Translations under genes and position numbers: made by a program
The notes under the pieces: model-generated
The model's database searches: none
Seen by the model: only the letters and a program-made list of their open reading frames with translations
What the model was told of the DNA's origin: nothing
In this document: positions 1 through 6,705 of the stretch, piece after piece
Numbering within the stretch: the first letter of the stretch is position 1
Layout of the letters: each line of letters starts with the position of its first letter
Source: Dickeya dadantii NCPPB 898
GTDB lineage: Bacteria; Pseudomonadota; Gammaproteobacteria; Enterobacterales; Enterobacteriaceae
Length of the DNA stretch: 32,000 nucleotides
Assembly: GCF_000406145.1 (NCBI RefSeq)
Contig: NZ_CM001976.1
Location: 3,353,206 to 3,385,205, forward strand
Reading direction: 5' to 3'

Positions 1-174
1 TGCCGTGAAGGGCGCATTAAAAAACGCAGTAAGGATATGGAGTAGGTAGATCAGATCTATCAAAATTCAGCTTTTACCTTCGCTAGCAATCTTTGTCATA
101 TAAACATGAGCCAGCTCGCATTTTCCAAGCATCGCGAGGAATAATGTTTAAACCGTTCTCAGGAGGACATACTC

Positions 175-489
175 ATGAAAAAATTGCTGATATGTTGTTT
201 TTTCGGAAATACCGCCAACGCTCTGGCAAAAAAAATGCAGAAAATAGCAGATAATCAGGACTATAAGATTATGGTCAGCGCTGTAGGGCTGGATAATTTT
301 GCGAGCGTTGCGCCTGCATTTGACTGTTTTCTCGTTGCGCCACATATACAATACAAATTTGCTGAACTTAGGACTATTGTTGGTGAGTCACGATCCATTG
401 CCGTTATAGATAGTCTGTCATATGCATCGCTGGACGGAGAAAAAGTATTACGTTTTGTGCTGACCCATATGCCAGAACTGGCCGATTAA
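175..489 (+). CDS. PTS lactose/cellobiose-family EIIB component (ChbB-like), stand-alone in this window
   Basis: 104-aa ORF with AGGAGG about 7 nt upstream of the ATG. Colinear with E. coli ChbB as I remember it: N-terminal Cys loop LICCFFGNTANA vs LFCSAGMSTS, and C-terminal VIDSLSYASLDGEKVL vs VIDSLLYGKVDGLGVL. Confidence 0.75.
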   Translation: MKKLLICCFFGNTANALAKKMQKIADNQDYKIMVSAVGLDNFASVAPAFDCFLVAPHIQYKFAELRTIVGESRSIAVIDSLSYASLDGEKVLRFVLTHMPELAD

Positions 490-712
490 ATTGAGGAACT
501 CCATGTGCTGGCCCACTCCCCATTAATTAACACATCGCGATATGAGTAATGTCTTCATCGGCAACATGAGGACGTCCCCCATTAAAGAAGCGTTTTTTCC
601 GACGAACAGATCAGCACCGAAGCGACACCGCCGTCTCATTGTATATCCCATTGATATATAAAAATAACATTCCATGCTAACAATAGCGTGAAATTTATCC
701 AGAGAGGCTACG

Positions 713-874
713 ATGGAAAAAAAATCAGCCAATCCGGAAAAGAATCTGGTGGTGATTGAAGGTTTTTCCGCACGCCTGGAAGTTCAGAACGATGGCTCTG
801 ATGCTCCCGCCCATACCGGCCAGATTCGCGCAGAGCCGGCAGGAAAAGAACCACCCACCGGCCCCATTCCATAA
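713..874 (+). CDS. Hypothetical small protein (53 aa), below the ORF-track cutoff
   Basis: Hand translation gives MEKKSANPEKNLVVIEGFSARLEVQNDGSDAPAHTGQIRAEPAGKEPPTGPIP*. GAGAGG lies 5 nt upstream of the ATG at 713. Codon choice is enterobacterial-like (ctg, ccg, gcc, ggc). I recognise no family. The antisense ORFs at 708-1003 look like shadows of this frame. Confidence 0.3.
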   Translation: MEKKSANPEKNLVVIEGFSARLEVQNDGSDAPAHTGQIRAEPAGKEPPTGPIP

Positions 875-991
875 CCAAAACTTCGCCTGACGTTCCCCCT
901 CTTGAACGCGCGATCTTGACCAATGACAAGGCGGCCCAAGCGTTAGCCTCTTTATAATCAAACCCGTTTGTCTTCTCACTGGTGTGAAAGT

Positions 992-2113
992 ATGGCTTAT
1001 CAACTTAACCTTAACTGGCCCGAATTTTTAGAAAAATACTGGCAAAAACAACCCATTGTATTAAAGAACGCCTTCCCGAACTTCGTCGATCCGATTACGC
1101 CGGATGAACTGGCGGGGCTGGCGATGGAGCCGGAGGTGGACAGCCGCATCGTCAGCCATGTTAATGGTCAGTGGCAGGCGTGGAACGGGCCGTTTGAGCA
1201 GTTTGATCATTTAGGGGAAACCGACTGGTCCCTGTTAGCTCAGGCCGTTAATCACTGGCATGCCCCGTCTGCCGAGTTGGTGCGTCCGTTTCGCGTGCTG
1301 CCGGACTGGCGGTTAGACGACCTGATGATCTCTTTTTCTGTGCCGGGCGGCGGCGTCGGGCCGCATATAGACCAGTACGATGTGTTTATCATTCAGGGGA
1401 TGGGCCGCCGCCGCTGGCGCGTTGGCGATAAGCTGCCGATGCGCCAGTTCTGCCCGCATCCGGCGCTGCTGCACGTTGATCCTTTCACGCCGATCATTGA
1501 TGAAGAGCTTGAGCCGGGCGACATTTTATATATTCCGCCGGGCTTCCCGCACGACGGCTTCACCTTCGAAACCGCGTTCAACTACTCGGTGGGCTTCCGT
1601 GGGCCAAACGGCCGGGATTTGATCAGCAGCTTTGCCGACTATGCGCTGGAGAACGATCTCGGCGGCGAGCACTACAGCGATCCGGATTTAACCTGCCGGG
1701 AACATCCGGGCCGGGTGGAAGGGTATGAGCTTGACCGCCTGCGCGCGATGATGATCGACATGATCAATCAGCCGGAAGATTTTAAACAGTGGTTCGGCCG
1801 CTTCGTGACAACGCCGCGCCATGAGCTGGACATCGCCCCCGCAGAGCCGCCCTACCAGCAGGATGAGATTGCCGACGCTCTGATGGCCGGCGAAGTTCTG
1901 ATCCGCTTAAGCGGGCTGCGGGTGCTGCATGTCGGCGATAGCGTCTTCATCAACAGCGAAAAGCTGGAAACGGTCGCCCCGGAAGCCGCCGATGCGCTAT
2001 GTCGTTACACCACTCTCGGCAAAAAAGAGCTTGGTGAGGCGTTGCACAACCCGGCGTTCATTGCAGAGCTAACCGAGCTGGTTAATCAGGGCTATTGGTT
2101 CTTCGACGCATAG
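992..2113 (+). CDS. roxA: Ribosomal protein uL16 Arg81 hydroxylase (JmjC/cupin 2-oxoglutarate oxygenase), RoxA/YcfD
   Basis: The 373-aa product is colinear with E. coli YcfD (MEYQLTLNWPDFLE.. vs MAYQLNLNWPEFLE..; GPHIDQYDVFIIQG; LYIPPGFPHDG; ends GYWFFDA vs GYWFFEG). ATG 992 matches the E. coli N-terminus and length. The ORF-track TTG at 968 is an upstream extension. Confidence 0.92.
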   Translation: MAYQLNLNWPEFLEKYWQKQPIVLKNAFPNFVDPITPDELAGLAMEPEVDSRIVSHVNGQWQAWNGPFEQFDHLGETDWSLLAQAVNHWHAPSAELVRPFRVLPDWRLDDLMISFSVPGGGVGPHIDQYDVFIIQGMGRRRWRVGDKLPMRQFCPHPALLHVDPFTPIIDEELEPGDILYIPPGFPHDGFTFETAFNYSVGFRGPNGRDLISSFADYALENDLGGEHYSDPDLTCREHPGRVEGYELDRLRAMMIDMINQPEDFKQWFGRFVTTPRHELDIAPAEPPYQQDEIADALMAGEVLIRLSGLRVLHVGDSVFINSEKLETVAPEAADALCRYTTLGKKELGEALHNPAFIAELTELVNQGYWFFDA

Positions 2114-2183
2114 TTCGTCGATAAAAGCGTGCGATAAAAAGTGCGATGGAAAGAGCAGCGGTAATGCGCCCTGTCTGCTAGCC

Positions 2184-2210
2184 TAAAGTTTGAACAGAAA
2201 AGACCGATAC
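2184..2210 (+). promoter_or_regulatory. Candidate sigma28 (FliA) class-3 flagellar promoter
   Basis: TAAAGTTT (2184-2191), an 11-nt spacer, then ACCGATAC (2203-2210). The consensus is TAAAGTTT-N11-GCCGATAA, so the -35 element is perfect and the -10 element matches 6/8. It lies about 140 nt upstream of a YjfB-family motility gene. Confidence 0.6.
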
Positions 2211-2348
2211 CGAAAAGAAGCTGGCGCGACATGCAGCCAGCGCATCGGTGTACTGATGAACATCATATTGATGGACGTCGTCCCGGTGGGCAGGGAAATC
2301 TCCCTGTCGTATCGGTACTCACCCAGACCCAGACATAGGATAATCAAG

Positions 2349-2537
2349 ATGGATGTTTCACAGATCGCATCACTTTCCACTGGTCTTAGCAACATGCAGC
2401 TCAGTAGCGAGATCAGTACCTCTGTTCTAAAAAAATCGTTGGATAATCAGAAAGACACTGTAGCCAGTCTCATTCAATCCATCCCGCAGCTGCCTGCCAA
2501 TCCGGCAATCGGCCGCAACATCAACACCACGGCATAA
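2349..2537 (+). CDS. YjfB-family putative motility protein (62 aa)
   Basis: MDVSQIASLSTGLSNMQLSSEISTSVLKKSLDNQKDTVASLIQSIPQL... has the length and pattern of the YjfB/putative motility protein family. AGGA lies 8 nt upstream of ATG 2349. The ORF-track start at 2190 would read through the sigma28 promoter. Confidence 0.8.
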   Translation: MDVSQIASLSTGLSNMQLSSEISTSVLKKSLDNQKDTVASLIQSIPQLPANPAIGRNINTTA

Positions 2538-2560
2538 CCGCTTCCATAACGGTTTTGCGA

Positions 2561-2594
2561 ACAAATAGCAGCGACTCAACTGGCTGCTATTTGT
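2561..2594. terminator. Hairpin between convergent yjfB-like and pirin genes (probable bidirectional terminator)
   Basis: acaaatagcagc (2561-2572) pairs perfectly with gctgctatttgt (2583-2594): a 12-bp stem with a 10-nt loop. T-rich sequence sits within and after the 3' arm. The pirin stop codon starts at 2595. Confidence 0.6.
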
Positions 2595-3476
2595 TCATTT
2601 ACCCCAAATAGCCCTATCCTGATGCAACGCGGTGCGGCGGTTAAGCGCGGCGAATGCCGGGCTGTGTTGCAGTTGGTCAATCGTACGTTCGCCTTCGGCG
2701 AGCGCCTCAATACTGGTGTGAACTGAATAAGCGCCCGTCACGAGCGGATACGGATGTTTGGCCGATGAACCGATGACCAGTTCGACATCGCCCTCGGCCG
2801 TCATCTCGATCGCCTCATTGCCTTGCGCGAATACCGCCAGTTCACGCTCAAGCACCGCATCACCGACGTGCAGCTTACCGCTGTTCAGCGCCAGCCACGC
2901 CGTGTCGTGGTCTGCGCCGGGTTGGTAACTCCAGCGCTCACCGTCGTTCAGACGGACGTGAAGATAGGTGATGGACACGGGCAGCGGAATCGGGCTGATT
3001 TTGCCGCCATAGCCGCCAAGCAGAATACGCGCCGGCCCGTCGCGCTCGACCTGTTCCGGTTCCAGGTACAGGCTCTGCGCAGGAGCAAGCTCAAGCGATG
3101 GCGGAAGCGCAATCCAGAGTTGATACCCGCGCATCATGTGGTCAGGCGCGGGCTCGCCGGCATGCCATACCCCGCTTCCGGCGCGCATCCACTCGACAGA
3201 ACCCGCAGACATCGCGCCCTGTTTTCCGGTGGTATCGCCATAGGTCATGCGTCCTTCGAGGAAGGTCGTGAGCGTCGCAATACCCGAATGAGGATACGGT
3301 CTGAAACCCGTACCGGTTGAAGGTATGGACTCGAACAAATCCAGGAAGACGAACGGTTTAACCCATTGCCCCAGATCGCCAGGCGTCATCAGCCGGGTGA
3401 GTGGACCAAGACGTTGACCCGACGTACGGTGAACGATGGCGCGGGTTGTCGCGGAGAAAGCCGGAGGGTGTGCCAT
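2595..3476 (-). CDS. Pirin-family protein (bicupin, quercetin 2,3-dioxygenase-like)
   Basis: 293-aa ORF with pirin-like N-terminal cupin features (PHSGIATLTTFLEG, VEWMRAGSGVWHAG) and a second cupin half. AAAGG lies about 8 nt upstream of the ATG. Confidence 0.88.
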   Translation of the reverse strand: MAHPPAFSATTRAIVHRTSGQRLGPLTRLMTPGDLGQWVKPFVFLDLFESIPSTGTGFRPYPHSGIATLTTFLEGRMTYGDTTGKQGAMSAGSVEWMRAGSGVWHAGEPAPDHMMRGYQLWIALPPSLELAPAQSLYLEPEQVERDGPARILLGGYGGKISPIPLPVSITYLHVRLNDGERWSYQPGADHDTAWLALNSGKLHVGDAVLERELAVFAQGNEAIEMTAEGDVELVIGSSAKHPYPLVTGAYSVHTSIEALAEGERTIDQLQHSPAFAALNRRTALHQDRAIWGK

Positions 3477-3494
3477 AAGCGATACCTTTTGGAA

Positions 3495-3551
3495 GCGAAG
3501 AGCAAGATGTTGAAACGAGAAGCCAGATGTTAAAGCGAAAGCCAGATTGGG
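3495..3551. repeat. Imperfect ~20-bp tandem repeat (about 2.7 copies) in the azoR-pirin spacer
   Basis: cgaagagcaagatgttgaaa / cgagaagccagatgttaaag / cgaaagccagattgg. Copies 1 and 2 share 15/20 positions. Copy 3 aligns with one gap. Confidence 0.6.
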
Positions 3552-3614
3552 CGGCGCCGATCCTCATCTATGACGGGCCGGCGCCGCGCAACACCGGTAA
3601 ATCAGGACGGCAAA

Positions 3615-4226
3615 TCAGGCGATGAGCGCGTCGATTTCCGCTCTGGCTTTTGCCATCGCGGCGGTTTTCGCGTCATCGCCAAGTGCCAGACCTTCCGCAC
3701 GAATAATGGTGATGTCGGTCAGACCGATGAAATTAAGCGCGGCCGTCAGGTAGGGTTCCTGATGATCGAAGTGAACCGCGGGGCTGGCGCTGCTGTAAAC
3801 GCCGCCGCGTGCCGAGGCGATGAAAACCTTCTTGCCTGCCGGCAGCAGCCCTTCCGGCCCATGTTCGGTGTAGCGGAAGGTATGCCCGGCGACCAGAACG
3901 CGGTCAATCCAACCTTTTAGCTGGGAAGGGACTGAAAAATTGTACATCGGCGCGCCAATGACGATGACGTCGGCGGCGAACAGCTCGTTGATGTAAGTGC
4001 CGCCGAGGGCGATGTCCTGCCCAAGAGCCGGCTCGCCCGGCGCTCCGCCCTGAAAGACGGCGAGATGGTCGGGGGACAGATGCCACGCCGCATCAGCGAC
4101 GAGATCTCGACGAATAACGGTTTTCCCCGGATGAATGTTGAGCTGTCTGGCCACAATCTCGGCTGACAGCTGGCGGCTCACGGAATGGCTGCCGAGAATG
4201 CTGGAATCAATATGCAGGATGCTCAC
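3615..4226 (-). CDS. azoR: FMN-dependent NADH-azoreductase family protein
   Basis: 203 aa, colinear with E. coli AzoR (ILHIDSSILGSHSVSRQL vs VLVLKSSILAGYSQSNQL; VIGAPMYNFSVPSQLK vs VIAAPMYNFNISTQLK; FRYTEHGPEGL vs FRYTENGPEGL). It could be an AzoR paralogue. Confidence 0.88.
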   Translation of the reverse strand: MSILHIDSSILGSHSVSRQLSAEIVARQLNIHPGKTVIRRDLVADAAWHLSPDHLAVFQGGAPGEPALGQDIALGGTYINELFAADVIVIGAPMYNFSVPSQLKGWIDRVLVAGHTFRYTEHGPEGLLPAGKKVFIASARGGVYSSASPAVHFDHQEPYLTAALNFIGLTDITIIRAEGLALGDDAKTAAMAKARAEIDALIA

Positions 4227-4361
4227 AGGTAAATCTCCTTAACAAAGCCGGAACAGGTCGGCGTATGGATGACGACCGGAGTATTTCACCCTGCAAACAA
4301 TCTGAATAGACGTTATATTATTATACATACCATCTCTATCTCAGATACATCAGGATTCCCT

Positions 4362-5270
4362 ATGCTCGATGGCGTGTCGCTGGATCAATTACGAACATTC
4401 ATTACTGCGGTTGATGAAGGCAGCTTCTCGGCGGCGGCGCGCCGACTCAGGCGCGCGCAGTCCGCCATCAGCGAGCTGGTGCGCGGCCTGGAAGAGCAGC
4501 TTGACGTTCAGCTTTTTGATCGCAGCGGCCGCTACCCGAGGCTGACGCCGGTGGGCACCGCGTTACTGGCCAACGCCCGTGATATCGTCGCTGGCGTTGA
4601 TGCCATGAAATCACGCGCCAAAGGCATGGCCGCCGGGCTGGAGCCCGAACTGACCATCGTGGTTGACGTTTTCTTCCCGATTAACGTGCTGACTAACGCG
4701 GCCAAAGCGTTTCGTGAACAGTTTCCCAACGTGCCGCTACGCATCTATGTTGAAGCGCTGGGGGCGGCGTATCAGCCGGTACTGGACAGGCACGCCAGCG
4801 TTGGAATCGTCAGTTTTCTTCCGGTGACGCCGCCGGGCATCATCACCGAGCCATTAGCCCGCATCACCCTCGCCATGGTCGCCGCCGCGGACCACCCGCT
4901 CGCCGCCTTTCAGGGACCGATTCCCAAACAGGAGCTCGCCAGGCATGTCCAACTGGTACTGACCGATCGCTCAGAGCACTCCAAAGGGCGAGAGTTTGGC
5001 GTCATGTCACCCAAAACCTGGCGGCTGGCGGACCTGTTTGCCAAACATGCTTTTTTGCTCAATGGGTTGGGATGGGGCGGCATGCCGATGCATACCATCC
5101 AGTCGGACCTTGATAGCGGCCGGCTCGTTAAACTCACCATCGAGGATGAGCCCGTCAACGAACCGTCCATGCTGATGTCGGCCGTGTATCGCATTGACAA
5201 CCAGCCCGGTCCCGCCGGTCGCTGGCTTATCCAGCACATGACCGCATGTTCCCGCCACCGGCCATCCTGA
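4362..5270 (+). CDS. LysR-family transcriptional regulator, divergent from azoR-pirin
   Basis: The 302-aa product starts MLDGVSLDQLRTFITAVDEGSFSAAARRLRRAQSAISELVRGLE (LysR HTH). CAGGA lies upstream of ATG 4362. The ORF-track start at 4269 adds 31 non-homologous residues over AT-rich promoter DNA. Confidence 0.87.
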   Translation: MLDGVSLDQLRTFITAVDEGSFSAAARRLRRAQSAISELVRGLEEQLDVQLFDRSGRYPRLTPVGTALLANARDIVAGVDAMKSRAKGMAAGLEPELTIVVDVFFPINVLTNAAKAFREQFPNVPLRIYVEALGAAYQPVLDRHASVGIVSFLPVTPPGIITEPLARITLAMVAAADHPLAAFQGPIPKQELARHVQLVLTDRSEHSKGREFGVMSPKTWRLADLFAKHAFLLNGLGWGGMPMHTIQSDLDSGRLVKLTIEDEPVNEPSMLMSAVYRIDNQPGPAGRWLIQHMTACSRHRPS

Positions 5271-5364
5271 ATGCGCAGGTTTAACGCGGCCTGACGGCGG
5301 GAGCATCCGCCGACCTCATCATGACTGGCCAGCGATAACGCCGGCCGCGATGCGCCGCAACATG

Positions 5365-6438
5365 CTACTGACTCAACCGGTGCGCAATCAACCGCAGTTC
5401 TTCGGCGATTTGCTGTAAATCGCGCTGTGCATCAATGCGGGGGCCGGTAGAGTTGCGGATCACCAGCCTGGCCGGCAGGATGGACGACGATCGCTGCACG
5501 TCGTTGTCGTTGGCGTTCAGCAGGCGGTGCACCGCTTCCTTGCCCTGCAGGTCGAGGTCCAGCGAGACGGTGGTCAGCGCCGGGTGGAAAAACGAACTTT
5601 CATACGTACCGTCGTAACCAATCACCGATTTCTGGCCGGGAATGGTCAGTTGGTTCTGATGAAACGCACTCAATACGCCGAGCGCCATCTGATCATTGGC
5701 GACCAGTACCGCGCTGAACTGCGGCGTTTCGCGCAGCATCTGCAGCGCGCCGGCGTAGCCGCTTTGCGCATCCCAGTTGCCGTGAATCACCGTTGTCGGC
5801 GTCAAACCATACCCATCCAGGGTTTCCAGCCAGTTTTTCAGTCTCAACCGCGCCGAGACTGAACCGGCCGGCCCCGCCAGCAAAGCGAAATCGCGGTGCC
5901 CCAGCTCATACAGATACTTCACGCTGGCCCGCGTGCCGTCCGCCGGATTAAAAGACACGTTGAACACCGAACTGTAAGGGTCAACATCCAGAAATAAGCA
6001 GAGAATATCGTCATTGTCGGCGGCGATGTGCTCTGCTTCTTCCGTCTCCAGCGGCACGTTGATGATAACCTTATCAACGCGCTGTGACTTGAGTTCGTTG
6101 ATGGAATCCTGAATGCTATGATTGACGTTCTCATCAATCATGGAAATCAGCACCTGATAACCTTCCGTATTCGCGTATCTTTTCACCGCCGCCGCCACCT
6201 GCGAAGGCGCGTGCAATGCCAGCGACGTCGTCACCAGCCCCATCGTCATGCTCTGCTTGCCCACCAGTTGCTGGGCCAGCCGGTTTGGAACATAACGCAA
6301 CAGTTCAATGGACTGTTCCACCTTGCGGCGCGTGGACTCGGAGACATTCGCAGATTTGTTCAACACCCGCGATACCGTCTGATAAGAAACACCCGCGTGG
6401 CGGGCAACATCTTCTAACGTAGCGCTTTTCGACTTCAT
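5365..6438 (-). CDS. ganR: LacI-family transcriptional repressor of the galactan locus
   Basis: 357 aa. The N-terminal HTH is very close to LacI (ATLEDVARHAGVSYQTVSRVLNKSANVSESTRRKVEQSIELLRYVPNRLAQQLVGKQS vs LacI VTLYDVAEYAGVSYQTVSRVVNQASHVSAKTREKVEAAMAELNYIPNRVAQQLAGKQS). It is divergent from the porin gene. The symbol is from my memory of the Dickeya gan locus. Confidence 0.88.
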   Translation of the reverse strand: MKSKSATLEDVARHAGVSYQTVSRVLNKSANVSESTRRKVEQSIELLRYVPNRLAQQLVGKQSMTMGLVTTSLALHAPSQVAAAVKRYANTEGYQVLISMIDENVNHSIQDSINELKSQRVDKVIINVPLETEEAEHIAADNDDILCLFLDVDPYSSVFNVSFNPADGTRASVKYLYELGHRDFALLAGPAGSVSARLRLKNWLETLDGYGLTPTTVIHGNWDAQSGYAGALQMLRETPQFSAVLVANDQMALGVLSAFHQNQLTIPGQKSVIGYDGTYESSFFHPALTTVSLDLDLQGKEAVHRLLNANDNDVQRSSSILPARLVIRNSTGPRIDAQRDLQQIAEELRLIAHRLSQ

Positions 6439-6559
6439 GGTCGGGTTTCCCGTCGTGGTTTTACCGGGATTGTAACAGCTGGTCCGGCGAAAAAACCATG
6501 TTCTGAACCCTATTCAGGCCAAATGTTATGCAAGTAACACGTTCACATATCAAAAACCC

Positions 6560-6575
6560 GTGATGCGCATCACCA
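6560..6575. promoter_or_regulatory. CRP-like perfect palindrome upstream of ganL
   Basis: GTGATGCGCATCAC (6560-6573) is a perfect 14-bp palindrome matching the CRP core GTGA-N6-TCAC. It lies about 135-145 bp upstream of the ganL ATG in the ganR/ganL divergent region. Confidence 0.4.
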
Positions 6576-6705
6576 ATCATTACAAAACAAAATGATTTAT
6601 TTGCATTAAATCACAATAAAACAACGAATCCATTGCTCAGCTTTACGCTTAGGCATTTTATTTAATTCGTAATGTGAACGTAATACATAACAACAAGAGG
6701 CCACC

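Noticed and set aside
1-45. Possible 3' end of a plus-strand gene (..CREGRIKKRSKDME*)
   Set aside because: Only 14 codons are visible, which is not enough to support a call or a family.
148-351. 67-aa minus-strand ORF overlapping the PTS EIIB gene
   Set aside because: It is antisense to a gene with a strong RBS and family similarity. No support of its own.
916-958. TTGACC (916-921) and TATAAT (953-958) considered as a sigma70 promoter for roxA
   Set aside because: The hexamers are 31 bp apart, far from the 16-18 bp optimum, and I saw no acceptable -35 element at the right spacing. I left it uncalled.
523-1003. Three overlapping minus-strand ORFs (523..732, 708..929, 725..1003)
   Set aside because: They are mutually overlapping with no RBS and implausible composition. 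The latter two are antisense to the better-supported 53-codon plus-strand ORF, and the last overlaps the roxA start.
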